Origin: an uncultured Gammaproteobacteria bacterium
Lineage (GTDB): Bacteria; Pseudomonadota; Gammaproteobacteria; Arenicellales; CAJQKF01
Assembly: GCA_965652415.1 (NCBI GenBank)
Contig: CBFGVH010000004.1
Span: 3,071 to 67,070 of the forward strand
Length of the DNA stretch: 64,000 nucleotides
Reading direction: 5' to 3'
The position numbers and the translations under genes are program-made. Positions within the stretch are counted from its first letter, which is position 1. Every line of letters starts with the position of its first letter. Positions 38,495 to 50,391 of the stretch are shown here, piece by piece. The notes beneath the pieces are model-generated. The model did no database searches. It had not been told where the DNA came from and saw only the letters and a program-made list of their open reading frames with translations.

Positions 38495-41400
38495 CTATCG
38501 CGACGGCGGGTGGACGGACTCACGTTGGGGCTCCCTCCCGGTTTTCGCTGGCCCGGCCAGCGAGTCCCTGAAGGCCGCCTCGACCCGCGCACACTCCTTG
38601 CCGCCGGTGGTCAGGCGGTCGAACATGTTTTGAAGCAGCAGGCTCATGCCGCCACTCGCCATGGCCGCACCGATGCTGGCGCCGGTCATCAGCAGGCCCT
38701 TGGGGTCGGTGCGGTACTCGGGCGCCGACAACGTGCCGCCGACGCCGATGAACTTGACCAGTCCCGACGTGCTCAGGCCGATGCCTTCCTGGGCCTTGGG
38801 CCGCATCACCAGGGCGAGCCGCTCGGAGCCGAGGTCGATTTCTCCCTCGCCTATGATGAGCAGCCGGCTGCCCTTGATCACGATCGACTTGTCGGCGACG
38901 GCCTTGCCTCCTCGGACCACGAAGCCGACCACACCGCACTCGATTTCCATGTTCCGCGCCTGGCGGTCAAAGGGATTGACGATGCGGAAGACCTCGAACA
39001 GCACGTCCGCCGACAAAAGGTTGAGCTGGCGGTTCGGCAGTACGGCGCTGTTGATGCGGACCAACAGGTGGCCGTCGGCACCCGAAATGATCTCGTGCAC
39101 CGAGTCGCCGTGCCCGGCAATTTCGATCTCGACGTCGATGTCGCCGCTGTACTCGTCGCCGCTGTCCTCCAGCGCCCTGAGTCGACCCGGATCGATGCCG
39201 TCAAGCAACACGTTGACGCTGACGGCCGGCCGGGCAGCGCTCGCGTCGATATCGAGTTCGAGGCTGGATTCGCCTCCGCCGAGCATGCGCTGGGTCGATG
39301 CGATCTCGACCACGCCACCGCGGCCCTGGCCGCGAAACGATACCGACTGGTAGTCGATCGCCTTGCTGTGCAGGGTGCCGACATCGAGGTCGAGATCGAG
39401 ATCGAACGTCGCAAGCGACTTGAGGGACAACGGCGCGGTTGAGAAATAGCTCGTCCGCGACGCGGCCTCGGCCGCCGTCTCGGCATCCGGCTCCGTATCG
39501 AGGCCGAGGTCGGCGAGGTGGAGATCCGGCGCGGTGGCGTCGACACGCACGTGCGGCAACTCGTCGTTCGAGCCGGGAAATCGCACGTCGACGCTGCCCT
39601 GGATCCGGGTTTCGCCGCTGGCCAGGTCGAGTCCTTCCAGGTAGATGCCGGAAGCGTCATGGCGAAGGCTGCCGACCAGGTCCACCGGGTTGGGAAAGGC
39701 GGTGGTTGCACCCGCCAGTGCGGTAATCGCATTGGCATCCATGTCCTTGAGCCGCAGTTGTCCGGAACCCCCGAAGTCCTCGTCCAGCCGGCCGCTGTAC
39801 GAGATCGTGCCGTCGCTGCCGACCAGGCGCGCGGAAAGCTCGAACTCCCGCTCATCGAGGGCGCCCGCCTCGACACGGCCCGCGAACGCGGCCGCACCGG
39901 GAGCCTCGACGCCCCGGAGCAACGAGGGGTCCGGCTCGAAGCGGAACTCACCGGCGATGCCCGCCAGCCGCCGCGGCTCGGCGACGGTGCCTTCGAACTC
40001 GAATCGGCCGCGCGCCGTTGCCCCGTTCGCCTCGACGGCGGCGCCGGCGTCGAGGCCCTCGGGCAGGTCCAGGGCAAGGTCCAGGGCGACGATTCCCGCC
40101 GGCGCCGACGCCGGGCCCGCGTCGAGGACGACCTCGATGCCGCTGGAGGCGAGATCGCGAAGTCGCTGGATATCGCCGCTCACCCGGGCGCGCCCGCGCT
40201 CGCTCTCGAAAACCGCCACGAGACCCGCCAGCGAGAACTGGCGCTCGGCAAAGCGCAGCGTCCCCGATGCCTCGCCACGCTCGCCGAACCACTCGGCCAT
40301 GGGCACCTTCGGCACGACCCGGGCGATGTCGGTCCCGCGAACACTCGCCGCCAGTTCCAGCGACATTCCGTGATCGCTTCGCGCGAGCTCGCCTTCGCCG
40401 GTCGCGGTCAACGCACCGGCGCCGAGGTCGAGTTGCAGTCGCTCGACCAGGATCCGATGAAGCGGTCCGTCGGCAACCGCGCTACCGGTCAGGGGGCCGG
40501 TCAAACGCGAGTCGACGCCGAATGCGGAAACGATAATGGCAATGTCGTCGGCGTCGATGGTGAAGCGCACGTCCTCGACGCGGTCGCCGCCACCGGCCTC
40601 GTCGCGCGCGAATCGGCCGGAGCCGGCAAGTTCGACATCGCCATCGCCGATGACGACCGTGAAGTGCTCGACGTTGACCCCGTCGTAGTCGCCGTCGAGG
40701 CGCGCGCTGAGCCGAGCCGGCAGGGTTACTCCCGCATCGAAGCCGAAGTCGCCCAGGAACGCCGCGAGATCGCTCGCCTCGACCTCGAGATCGCCGTGCT
40801 CCATCACCAGGCGCCGACGCTCCTGGCGAATGGTTGCCGAAAGGCCGAAGCCGCCGTGGGCGGTGGTCGCCGCCATCTCGCTCATCTCGAATGTCAATGC
40901 GCCGACGTCTCCGAACAGCCGCCCCTTGACTCGCTCATCGAAGAACTGCGCGCCGACACCGGCCTGGCCGGCGATGTCACCGGCAGCCGTCAGCTGCAGG
41001 TCGACGCCGCCGAGCGCGGGCCAGTCGGCAACGTCGCCATGCACGGCGAGGGTCAGGCCGGCGAAGTCGATCCAGCCCGACACCCGGGCCGAGGACGAAT
41101 CGGCCACCGGGTCGCCGAACCCGGCCAGGAGTTCGCTCGCCACCGGTTCGCCGCCAAGCGCCGCCCGCAGGCTGAACCGCGCGCCGCTGGCGAGATCCGC
41201 GCGCAGGTTCATGGACTCGATGTCGAGGGCGGCACGGTCGCCGGGCAGACCCTCGATCACGGACTGGTCCACCGCGATCTCGACCGGGAACGGCAGCCAC
41301 GTTTGCCGTCTTTCACCGCCGCGGCGCCCTGGCAGGCGCCCCGCGGCCAGCGATGCTCCGCTGAGCGCGACGACGACCGGGTCCTCGGCGCTCGGGTCCA

Positions 41401-41677
41401 GCAGCGCGCGCGGAGCGGTCAGCGTGGCCCGCTCGATGGTCAGCCACGGCTCCTCGCCCGGCACCGCCACGGCCAGGTTCGCGAGCGACACCGACAACGG
41501 CGAGAAGCCGATCCTCGCGACGCCGTCGAACGCCACCTCGTGCCCGTAGCGGGACTCTATGTAACCGGCAACGCGCTCTCGCCCGTGGTCCGAGTTCAGG
41601 TACACGAGGGCCGCGAAGACCAGCAGGACGACGCCTGCCACGGCAATGATCAGCTTCCTGAGAACCTTCCCTAACAT
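38495..41677 (-). CDS. AsmA-family large envelope protein
   Basis: ATG at 41677 gives an N-terminal TM anchor 'MLGKVLRKLIIAVAGVVLLVFAALVYL'. About 1060 aa of repetitive beta-rich sequence and an AsmA_2-like C-terminus ('LVMRPKAQEG...GTLSAP'). Confidence 0.75.
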   Translation of the reverse strand: MLGKVLRKLIIAVAGVVLLVFAALVYLNSDHGRERVAGYIESRYGHEVAFDGVARIGFSPLSVSLANLAVAVPGEEPWLTIERATLTAPRALLDPSAEDPVVVALSGASLAAGRLPGRRGGERRQTWLPFPVEIAVDQSVIEGLPGDRAALDIESMNLRADLASGARFSLRAALGGEPVASELLAGFGDPVADSSSARVSGWIDFAGLTLAVHGDVADWPALGGVDLQLTAAGDIAGQAGVGAQFFDERVKGRLFGDVGALTFEMSEMAATTAHGGFGLSATIRQERRRLVMEHGDLEVEASDLAAFLGDFGFDAGVTLPARLSARLDGDYDGVNVEHFTVVIGDGDVELAGSGRFARDEAGGGDRVEDVRFTIDADDIAIIVSAFGVDSRLTGPLTGSAVADGPLHRILVERLQLDLGAGALTATGEGELARSDHGMSLELAASVRGTDIARVVPKVPMAEWFGERGEASGTLRFAERQFSLAGLVAVFESERGRARVSGDIQRLRDLASSGIEVVLDAGPASAPAGIVALDLALDLPEGLDAGAAVEANGATARGRFEFEGTVAEPRRLAGIAGEFRFEPDPSLLRGVEAPGAAAFAGRVEAGALDEREFELSARLVGSDGTISYSGRLDEDFGGSGQLRLKDMDANAITALAGATTAFPNPVDLVGSLRHDASGIYLEGLDLASGETRIQGSVDVRFPGSNDELPHVRVDATAPDLHLADLGLDTEPDAETAAEAASRTSYFSTAPLSLKSLATFDLDLDLDVGTLHSKAIDYQSVSFRGQGRGGVVEIASTQRMLGGGESSLELDIDASAARPAVSVNVLLDGIDPGRLRALEDSGDEYSGDIDVEIEIAGHGDSVHEIISGADGHLLVRINSAVLPNRQLNLLSADVLFEVFRIVNPFDRQARNMEIECGVVGFVVRGGKAVADKSIVIKGSRLLIIGEGEIDLGSERLALVMRPKAQEGIGLSTSGLVKFIGVGGTLSAPEYRTDPKGLLMTGASIGAAMASGGMSLLLQNMFDRLTTGGKECARVEAAFRDSLAGPAKTGREPQRESVHPPSR

Positions 41678-41792
41678 GTCACGTTCAGTGGGCTTCGGGC
41701 GCCTGTCGGCGGCCATGGCGCCTGGGGCTTGTTGTACCATATAGCATGCCGACCGGAATTATCCAGCACCGTCCCCTCGACGACAGTTCGCG

Positions 41793-42650
41793 ATGACAGC
41801 CACTACTGCAACAGACCGGCACAGCCGGCTCGAGTTCAACAAGCTGCGCAAGAAACTTCGGCGCAACACCGGCCGCGCCATCGAGGACTTCAACATGATC
41901 GAGGCCGGGGACCGGGTCATGGTCTGCCTGTCTGGAGGCAAGGACTCCTACACCATGCTCGACATGCTGCTCGACCTCAAGGCCCGCGCGCCGGTCGAGT
42001 TCGAGCTCGTGGCAGTCAATCTCGACCAGAAGCAGCCCGGGTTTCCGCCCGAGGTGCTGCCGAACTACCTCGAGTCGCTGGGCGTGCCGTACCACGTCAT
42101 CGAACGGGATACTTACAGTGTGGTAACCCGCGTCATCCCGGCAGACAAGACCATGTGCGCTCTGTGCTCGCGCCTCAGGCGCGGCACCCTGTACGGCTTC
42201 GCCGAGGCCCACGGCTTCACCAAGATCGCCCTCGGCCACCATCGCGACGACATCATCGAAACACTGTTCCTGAACATGTTCCACAACGGCGCACTCAAGG
42301 CGATGCCGCCGTGGCTCAGGAGCGACGACGGCAGAAACGTGGTCATCCGGCCACTCGCCTACTCGAGCGAGCGGGACATCGAGCGCTACGCCGCCTTCAG
42401 GCAGTTCCCGATCATCCCCTGCAACCTGTGCGGCTCGCAGGAGAACCTTCAGCGCGCCGCCACCAAGGCCATGCTGCGCGAATGGGAGGCGCGCTTCCCG
42501 GGTCGCATCGAGAACATCTTCCGCGCCATCGGCAACGTCAAGCCCTCGCAGCTCGCCGATCGCAGCCTGTTTCCCTTTTCCGCCGCCAGCCAGGAGCCGG
42601 ATTCCTGGCTGATCGAGCCGAAGGCTTCGAGCGCCGGTGGCGAGCGATGA
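41793..42650 (+). CDS. ttcA: tRNA 2-thiocytidine(32) synthetase
   Basis: 285 aa. PP-loop 'CLSGGKDS', '[10 protein letters not shown]' and 'CNLCGSQ'. Confidence 0.9.
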   Translation: MTATTATDRHSRLEFNKLRKKLRRNTGRAIEDFNMIEAGDRVMVCLSGGKDSYTMLDMLLDLKARAPVEFELVAVNLDQKQPGFPPEVLPNYLESLGVPYHVIERDTYSVVTRVIPADKTMCALCSRLRRGTLYGFAEAHGFTKIALGHHRDDIIETLFLNMFHNGALKAMPPWLRSDDGRNVVIRPLAYSSERDIERYAAFRQFPIIPCNLCGSQENLQRAATKAMLREWEARFPGRIENIFRAIGNVKPSQLADRSLFPFSAASQEPDSWLIEPKASSAGGER

Positions 42651-43936
42651 CCCAGGAAAACTTCAACCACGAGCTGCTCAGGTTCCTGCACGCCTCGCCG
42701 ACGCCGTTTCACTGCGTGCAGAACATGGTCAACATCCTCGAGGACCAGGGCTTCGTGCTGCTGGCGGAGGACGATCACTGGGCATTGCGCGCCGGCGGGC
42801 GCTACATGGTTACCCGCGGCGACGGCTCCCTGATCGCCTTCATCCGCGGCGAGGACGCTCCGGACCGTGCGTCGCTGCGCATCGTCGGCGCCCACACCGA
42901 CAGCCCGTGCCTGCGCATCAAGCCGGAAGCCGACATCAACCGGGCGGGGTGCAACCAGGTCGCGGTCGAGGTGTACGGCGGCGTGCTGCTCGCGCCCTGG
43001 TTCGATCGCGACCTGTCCATCGCCGGACGGGTCAGCTATCGCGACGCCGGCGGCGGCGTGGCGAGCGTGCTTATCAACTTTCAGCGGGCCGTGGCGGTCA
43101 TTCCGAGCCTGGCCATCCACCTCGACCGCGAGGCCAACAAGGGCCGCGAGATCAACGCCCAGAACCACGTCGTCCCCGTCGTCGGCCTGGCCGCCGAGGA
43201 CGAAGAGTTCGCCTTTCGAGACGCGATCCTCGCCCAGATCGAGGACGAGTACGGCGCCATCGACATCGACCTGCTGCTCGATGCGGACCTGTGCTTCTAC
43301 GACAGCCAGGCGCCGGCGATCACGGGGCTGGCCAACGAGTTCATCGCCTCGGCACGCCTGGACAACCTCATCAGCTGCTTCACGGCGCTGAAGTCCCTCG
43401 AGTCGGCTGCACCCGCCGGCGCCACCTGCATGATCGCCTGCCACGATCACGAGGAGGTCGGCAGCGCGTCGATCAGCGGGGCGAACAGCCCGTTCCTCGC
43501 CGACGTGATCGCGCGCATCGTGCCGGAGGCCGAGGACCGGCGCCGCGCCATTCACCGCTCGCTCATGATCTCTGCCGACAACGCGCACGCGCATCACCCG
43601 AATTACGCGGACAAGCACGATCCCAACCACCAGCCGGTCCTCAACGGCGGTCCGGTGATCAAGTTCAATGCCAGCCAGCGCTACGCCACCAGCAGCGAGA
43701 CCGCCGCCCTGTTCCGCAACCTGTGCATCGAGACCGGCGTGCCGGTGCAGGCCATGGCCATGCGCAACGACATGGCGTGCGGCAGCACCATCGGTCCAAT
43801 CAGCGCCGCGCGCACCGGCATCCCGGTGGTCGACGTCGGCATCCCCCAGTGGGCCATGCACTCCGTGCGCGAGACCTGCGGGGTGCGCGACCCGTACTAC
43901 CTCTACCGGGTGCTGCAGGCGTTTTACGGGTCGTAG
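42647..43936 (+). CDS. M18-family aminopeptidase (aspartyl aminopeptidase-like)
   Basis: The ATG at 42647 overlaps the ttcA stop (ATGA). '[12 protein letters not shown]', '[13 protein letters not shown]', 'HEEVGS'. The 735-aa track ORF is a read-through artefact. Confidence 0.85.
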   Translation: MTQENFNHELLRFLHASPTPFHCVQNMVNILEDQGFVLLAEDDHWALRAGGRYMVTRGDGSLIAFIRGEDAPDRASLRIVGAHTDSPCLRIKPEADINRAGCNQVAVEVYGGVLLAPWFDRDLSIAGRVSYRDAGGGVASVLINFQRAVAVIPSLAIHLDREANKGREINAQNHVVPVVGLAAEDEEFAFRDAILAQIEDEYGAIDIDLLLDADLCFYDSQAPAITGLANEFIASARLDNLISCFTALKSLESAAPAGATCMIACHDHEEVGSASISGANSPFLADVIARIVPEAEDRRRAIHRSLMISADNAHAHHPNYADKHDPNHQPVLNGGPVIKFNASQRYATSSETAALFRNLCIETGVPVQAMAMRNDMACGSTIGPISAARTGIPVVDVGIPQWAMHSVRETCGVRDPYYLYRVLQAFYGS

Positions 43937-44895
43937 CCGGCGGCCGCGTCGCGGCGAAGGGCGGCTGCCATGTGCCGCGCCAGCTCCGACTCGTCGAAGC
44001 GTGCCGAAAGCTCTTCCAGGGTGATCGGCTCCTCGTTGTCGAGCAGTCCCAGACCTGCGGCCAGCGAACCGATCACCCGTTCGATGGACCAACCGGCATC
44101 GAGCACGGTGGCCAGCGACGGACCACCGACACGCTTTGACAACCGCGCGCCGGTGCGGTCGCGGCGCAGCGGCACGTGCCAGTACGCCGGCGCGGCGACG
44201 CCGAGGGCGCGGTACAGCGCCGCCTGGGGAAACACCGCTGGCAGGAGATCGGCCCCGCGCACGACGTCGGTGACGCCCATGGCGATGTCGTCCACCACCA
44301 CCGCGAGATGGTAGGCGACCACGCCGTCGCGCCGGAACACCACGAAATCGCCCACCTCGCGCTCGACGTCGCAAGTCACCTCGCCGGCGATCCGGTCGAC
44401 GAACGAGTCCCTGCCTCGCGTAACGCGAAAGCGCAGCGCTTCGTCCGACTCGGCCGCCGCATCGATGCCCTCGCCGTCGGCCAGCCGGCGGTCGTGGCAG
44501 GTGCCCGGATACACCGGGCCCATCGGCCCGTGCGGTGCGCTGGCCAATTCCGTCAACTCGCGGCGGCTGCAGCGGCACGGAAACAGGCGGCCGTCACGGG
44601 CCAGGTTGTCGAGAGTGTCACGGTAGAGGTCGAGGCGGGCGCTTTGCAGGTAGTCGGCGGGCGACCCGGCCCCGGGGCCGACGTGCCAGTCGAGACCCAG
44701 CCTGGCGAGGTCGGCGACAATCGAGTCGATGTACTGCGGCCGGCAGCGGGCCGCGTCGAGGTCCTCGATCCGCAGGATGAAACCGGCCCGGGCCGCGCGC
44801 GCCTGAAGCCACGAGGCCAGGGCGCTCTGCAGGTTGCCGAGATGCAGCGGACCGGTGGGGCTTGGCGCGTAACGGGACCAGCGGTCGGACTTCAC
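43924..44895 (-). CDS. gluQ: tRNA glutamyl-Q(34) synthetase
   Basis: 323 aa with a GTG start. 'RYAPSPTGPLHLGNL', 'ILRIEDLD', Zn-site 'CRCSRREL' and 'LSKR'. Confidence 0.9.
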   Translation of the reverse strand: MKSDRWSRYAPSPTGPLHLGNLQSALASWLQARAARAGFILRIEDLDAARCRPQYIDSIVADLARLGLDWHVGPGAGSPADYLQSARLDLYRDTLDNLARDGRLFPCRCSRRELTELASAPHGPMGPVYPGTCHDRRLADGEGIDAAAESDEALRFRVTRGRDSFVDRIAGEVTCDVEREVGDFVVFRRDGVVAYHLAVVVDDIAMGVTDVVRGADLLPAVFPQAALYRALGVAAPAYWHVPLRRDRTGARLSKRVGGPSLATVLDAGWSIERVIGSLAAGLGLLDNEEPITLEELSARFDESELARHMAAALRRDAAAGYDP

Positions 44896-44918
44896 GGGCG
44901 ATTCGGTCGCATAACGAG

Positions 44919-44945
44919 AAAGGCCGGGCGCGAGCCCGGCCTTTT
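44919..44945 (-). terminator. Intrinsic terminator candidate downstream of cytochrome c5
   Basis: AGGCCGGGC-GCGA-GCCCGGCCT: a 9-bp GC stem with a GNRA-like loop. It is flanked by an A run on one side and a T run on the other, and sits 23 nt after the cytochrome c5 stop. Confidence 0.55.
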
Positions 44946-44967
44946 CGCGGTATACCCTGGCGGCTGC

Positions 44968-45288
44968 CTATTGGGCCTTTTCGACCATGTAGTCGACCAC
45001 GGCCTTGAGGGCGTCGTCGTCGAGAGTGGACCCGCCGCGGGGCGGCATGTATCCGACCTGTCCCTGGAATCCTTCGATGGAATGCTTGTAAAGCGTGTCC
45101 ATACCCTGTTCGATGCGCGGCGCCCAGGCTTCCTTGTCACCGAGCTTGGGAGCCCCGGCAACCCCCTGGTCGTGGCAGGCGAAGCAGGCGCTCTGGTAGT
45201 CGGCCTCGGCATCGGCGAGAGCGCCGGCGGACATCGACGCCATGGCGACAAACGCGGCTGAAGCGGCGGCCTTCACGAAAACCTTCAT
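44968..45288 (-). CDS. Cytochrome c5-family c-type cytochrome
   Basis: ATG at 45288 behind a GGAGG SD. Signal peptide, haem site 'CFACHD' and 'MPPRGG'. Confidence 0.85.
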   Translation of the reverse strand: MKVFVKAAASAAFVAMASMSAGALADAEADYQSACFACHDQGVAGAPKLGDKEAWAPRIEQGMDTLYKHSIEGFQGQVGYMPPRGGSTLDDDALKAVVDYMVEKAQ

Positions 45289-45367
45289 CTGGAACCTCCG
45301 GTATGGCGGTAAGTGTTGGGAACCTTGCCTCACCGACCGCGATCGACCGGATGTTTCCGCGATGCGA

Positions 45368-45847
45368 TCAGCTCGAATAGAACAGGTGGCTGCCCACGCG
45401 AGCGACGAACCGCTTGCTCCGGCTCCAGCGGGGGCGAACCTGCTTGCTATGGTAATACAAAAGATTGTCGTATTCAGCCACGACTTGCTTCGACAGGCTC
45501 GACTCGGCGATTTTCATCGCCTTCTTCCAGGCCTTCATGTCGGTGGGGAAGTAGTTGCGCAGGGTATGAGTCCAGCTGAACTGGCGCGGCTGCCACACGA
45601 CCGCGCACACCGAGTTCGGGAAACGCTCGTCGCGCACCCGGTTCAGCGTCACCGCGGCGACCGCCAACTGGCCCTGGCGCGACTCGCCGCGGGCCTCGTG
45701 GTAGATGTTCAGGGCCAGGCAGCCCAGTTCGGTTCGCTCCAGGGCCTCGGTCTGTGCCGGCAACAGGGCCGCCACCATGACGAGTGCCGCTGCAGGCAGC
45801 GCGAACGCCCGGACGACGCGTCGCGCCACAATTCTCGTGCTGGTCAT
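45368..45847 (-). CDS. Cell-wall hydrolase (SleB/Hydrolase_2 family)
   Basis: 159 aa: 'LALNIYHEARGESRQGQLAVAAVTLNRV' and 'SVCAVVWQPRQFSW'. Confidence 0.8.
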   Translation of the reverse strand: MTSTRIVARRVVRAFALPAAALVMVAALLPAQTEALERTELGCLALNIYHEARGESRQGQLAVAAVTLNRVRDERFPNSVCAVVWQPRQFSWTHTLRNYFPTDMKAWKKAMKIAESSLSKQVVAEYDNLLYYHSKQVRPRWSRSKRFVARVGSHLFYSS

Positions 45848-46072
45848 TAGACGATCAACCGTTCTTTGGGCGAACCCGGATGGGGCAATCCGATCCCGTG
45901 ACGTTTCCGTCGCCGGGTTCGCTGGTGAAGTCAGGCGGCCGTATTATCGGTACTCAGCCACGACTTCGCCATGTTTTTTGCATAACCTTAACGTTTCGCC
46001 ACCTGCGAACCACCTCTCGCCGCGGCGGCGGGAGCATACAGCCGGTCCTCGCGCGAGATCAATCGGTCGGTT

Positions 46073-46105
46073 CGATACGCATATAAATCAATTATATGCG
46101 TATCG
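46073..46105. repeat. AT-rich inverted repeat (14-bp arms, 5-nt spacer) just downstream of prfC
   Basis: CGATACGCATATAA-ATCAA-TTATATGCGTATCG has perfect arms. It lies 23 nt beyond the prfC stop and upstream of the sleB-like gene. Confidence 0.7.
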
Positions 46106-46127
46106 CGCCTGATCATCGGCAGAGGGA

Positions 46128-47708
<1,581 letters not shown>

Positions 47709-47951
47709 GAGATGGCAACGGGATTAGATCGGATTGCGCCGGCCTCGCGGATCGGCGGGCGCGCGGGGCGCGGATTATATCGAAAGACCGACCTTCTGAA
47801 AAAGTTGGCGCGCCACAATGTGGCGATTTCGTGGTTTTTGCGCCGCGATGAATCGACGACGACCGCGACACCGGTACAATTTCCGGCAATCGGTTCAATC
47901 GCGCCCGGACGCCTCGCGCGCTTCCGGGCGGGCCTTCGAAGCAGGTTGCCC

Positions 47952-48146
47952 ATGTCGCGAAAATCCAAGCAGTTCGGCGTCTCGAAACATTCGCGGCGCC
48001 GTCAGAAACGCAAGAAGCGCGAACACGCCCTCGAACCCGTCGCCCTGGTGCACCGCCGGCACGCGACCGTGGTCCAGCAGCTCGTCGCGGCCCGACGGCA
48101 AACGGGCATTGCGCTCGACCCCGGGCTCAGGCGCCTGGTGCCCTGA
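47952..48146 (+). CDS. Hypothetical small basic protein (64 aa)
   Basis: '[25 protein letters not shown]...'. Third-codon-position G/C is high by eye, which fits coding. There is no clear SD and no recognisable family, and the 3' end overlaps rimO by 20 nt convergently. Confidence 0.3.
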   Translation: MSRKSKQFGVSKHSRRRQKRKKREHALEPVALVHRRHATVVQQLVAARRQTGIALDPGLRRLVP

Positions 48147-49458
48147 CGACGCGCCCGACGAGGTCGTGGCCGGCGGCATCGGCGATCTCGACCTCGACGA
48201 AGTCCCCCGGGGACACCCCCTCCTCGTAATCCAGGTACACCAACCCGTCGATTTCCGGCGCGTCGGCGAAGCTCCGCGCAACGATGGTGTCCGTTTCGAC
48301 CACCTCGTCGACCAGCACCGTCTCGCGCCGTCCGATACGGCGTGCCAGACGCCGGGCCGAGATCTCCTCCTGCAGCGCCATGAGCCGCTCACGTCGCTCG
48401 GCGCCCACGTCCCCGGGCACCGCGCCCGGCAGGTCGTTGGCCGCTGCCCCCTCGACCGGCGAGTACTCGAAGCATCCCACCCGGTCGAGTTCGGCGGCTT
48501 CGAGAAAGTCGAGCAGCGTCTCGAAATCAGCCTCGGTCTCCCCGGGGAATCCGACGATGAAGCTGCTGCGGATGGCGATGTCGGGGCAGATTTCACGCCA
48601 GCGCCCGATTCGCGCCAGCGTGTTCTCGGCGTTGGCCGGGCGGCGCATGGCCTTGAGGATCCGCGGCTCGGCATGCTGCAGCGGCACGTCGAGGTAGGGC
48701 AGCACGGCGCCGTCGGCCATCAGCGGCACGAGGTCGTCGACGTTGGGATAAGGGTAGACGTAGTGCATTCGCACCCAGGCGCCGAGGCTGCCGAGTTCGC
48801 GCGCCAGGTCGACGAGCCGCGTTCGCACCTCGCGCCCGCGCCAGCTCGCCGCCCGGTAGCCGAGATCGACTCCGTAGGCGCTGGTGTCCTGGGAGATGAC
48901 CAGCAGTTCGCGAACGCCCGCCGACACGAGCTTCTCCGCCTCGGCCATGACGTCGTCGACAGGCCTGCTGACCAGCCGCCCGCGCATGCTCGGTATGATG
49001 CAGAAGGTGCACTTGTGGTTGCAGCCCTCGGCGATCTTCAGGTAGGCGTAGTGCCGCGGCGTCAGCTTGATGCCGCCAGGGGGAATCAGGCTGGTGAACG
49101 GGTCGGCGGGCGGCGGCGCAGCGGCGTGGATCGCCTCCATCACCGTGTCGTAGGCGGCCGGGCCCGAGATCGACAGCACGTCCGGGAAGCGCTCGCGAAT
49201 GGTGTCGGCCCGCTTGCCGAGACAGCCGGTCACCACCACCCGCCCGTTTTCGGCCATGGCCTCGCCGATGGCGTCCAGCGACTCGGCCACCGCCGACTCG
49301 ATGAAGCCGCAGGTGTTGACCACCACCACGTCGGCGTCCTGGTAGGAGCCGCTGACGGCGTAGCCCTCGGCACGCAGGCGGGTCAGGATTCGCTCGGAAT
49401 CGACCAGCGCCTTGGGACAGCCGAGGCTGACGAATCCGACCGATCGCGTGTCCGTCAT
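48127..49458 (-). CDS. rimO: Ribosomal protein S12 methylthiotransferase
   Basis: ATG at 49458 ('[22 protein letters not shown]'). Radical-SAM 'GCNHKCTFC' and a TRAM C-terminus. The start overlaps the ppsR stop (TGATG). Confidence 0.95.
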   Translation of the reverse strand: MTDTRSVGFVSLGCPKALVDSERILTRLRAEGYAVSGSYQDADVVVVNTCGFIESAVAESLDAIGEAMAENGRVVVTGCLGKRADTIRERFPDVLSISGPAAYDTVMEAIHAAAPPPADPFTSLIPPGGIKLTPRHYAYLKIAEGCNHKCTFCIIPSMRGRLVSRPVDDVMAEAEKLVSAGVRELLVISQDTSAYGVDLGYRAASWRGREVRTRLVDLARELGSLGAWVRMHYVYPYPNVDDLVPLMADGAVLPYLDVPLQHAEPRILKAMRRPANAENTLARIGRWREICPDIAIRSSFIVGFPGETEADFETLLDFLEAAELDRVGCFEYSPVEGAAANDLPGAVPGDVGAERRERLMALQEEISARRLARRIGRRETVLVDEVVETDTIVARSFADAPEIDGLVYLDYEEGVSPGDFVEVEIADAAGHDLVGRVVRAPGA

Positions 49459-50294
49459 CAGTAGATATCCCGCTTCAGGCCCATCTGCTGCATCACCCGG
49501 CTGGCGATCTCCTCGATGGACAGGGAGGTGGTATCGGCGGTCGGCAGGTGGTGGCGCATGAACAGGTTCTCGGCCTGCCCGACCTCGTAGCGACACTGCT
49601 GCATGCTGGCGTACTTGCTGCCGTTGCGGCGCTCCTGTCGGATCTGCTGCAGCCGCTCCGGGCGGATCGTCAGCCCGAACAGTCGCTCGCGGTAGTCCTT
49701 GAGGGCGCGCGGCAGGGTCAGCTTCTCGAGGTCCTGGTCGGTCAGGGGGAAATTGGCGCAGTACACCCCGAACTGCATGGCGAGGTAGAGGCTGACCGGC
49801 GACTTGCCGACCCGGGACACCCCCACGAGGATGACGTCGGCCTTGTCGTAGTCGCGCACGTTGAGGCCGTCGTCGCAGTGTACCGCGTAGTTCACCGCGC
49901 CGATGCGGTTGGTGTAGCGCACCGGGTCGACGATGCCGTGGGAGACCCCGATGCTGTGCGAGGAGCGCTGGTCGAGTTCCTGCTCCAGGGGGTCGAGGAA
50001 GGTGCCGAACAGGTCGAACACCACCCCGTCGCAGGTCAGAAGGCGGCCGCGATGGTTGTCGTCGACGAAGGTGGCGAACACCAGCGGCCGCACCCCGGCG
50101 ACGCGGCCGGCCTCGTTGATTTGTCTTACGACGTCGCTCACCTTATCATCCGAGTCCACGAACGGAAGTGTGGCCACGTCGAAATCGACGTTGGGGAACT
50201 GCGTCAACAGGCTGTGGCTCATCATTTCCGCGGTAATCCCGGTTCGGTCGGATACCACGAATACGGGTCGATTGCTCATCGGGCTCAACATCAT
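49458..50294 (-). CDS. ppsR: Pyruvate, water dikinase regulatory protein (PSRP/DUF299)
   Basis: 278 aa: '[13 protein letters not shown]' and P-loop '[11 protein letters not shown]'. Divergent from ppsA. Confidence 0.9.
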   Translation of the reverse strand: MMLSPMSNRPVFVVSDRTGITAEMMSHSLLTQFPNVDFDVATLPFVDSDDKVSDVVRQINEAGRVAGVRPLVFATFVDDNHRGRLLTCDGVVFDLFGTFLDPLEQELDQRSSHSIGVSHGIVDPVRYTNRIGAVNYAVHCDDGLNVRDYDKADVILVGVSRVGKSPVSLYLAMQFGVYCANFPLTDQDLEKLTLPRALKDYRERLFGLTIRPERLQQIRQERRNGSKYASMQQCRYEVGQAENLFMRHHLPTADTTSLSIEEIASRVMQQMGLKRDIY

Positions 50295-50391
50295 GGGTCA
50301 CGGCTCGCCGGCGAGGCCGCGAGTCGGCGGGGCCCGTATTCTACCAGTCGACGCACCCTCTCGTTTTATCAATACACGGGAATCCCATCCA

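Noticed and set aside
38510-41674. ORFs of 310-718 aa antisense to or out of frame with the AsmA gene (for example 39518..41674 +, 38878..40077 -).
   Set aside because: Same high-GC shadow effect. Only the 38495..41677 minus frame has a TM anchor and an AsmA-like C-terminus.
41729-43936. A 735-aa track ORF that suggests a large fusion protein spanning ttcA and the aminopeptidase.
   Set aside because: Its first 306 codons are an alternate frame of ttcA with no motifs. The M18 aminopeptidase starts at the ATG at 42647, in an ATGA overlap with the ttcA stop.
46060-46080. The T-loop-like 'GGTTCGATACGC' as a hint of a tRNA gene. Other 'GGTTCGA' occurrences lie inside CDS at about 16750, 21498 and 62405.
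   Set aside because: No acceptor, D or anticodon arms can be folded around any of them. The one at 46067 is part of the inverted repeat.
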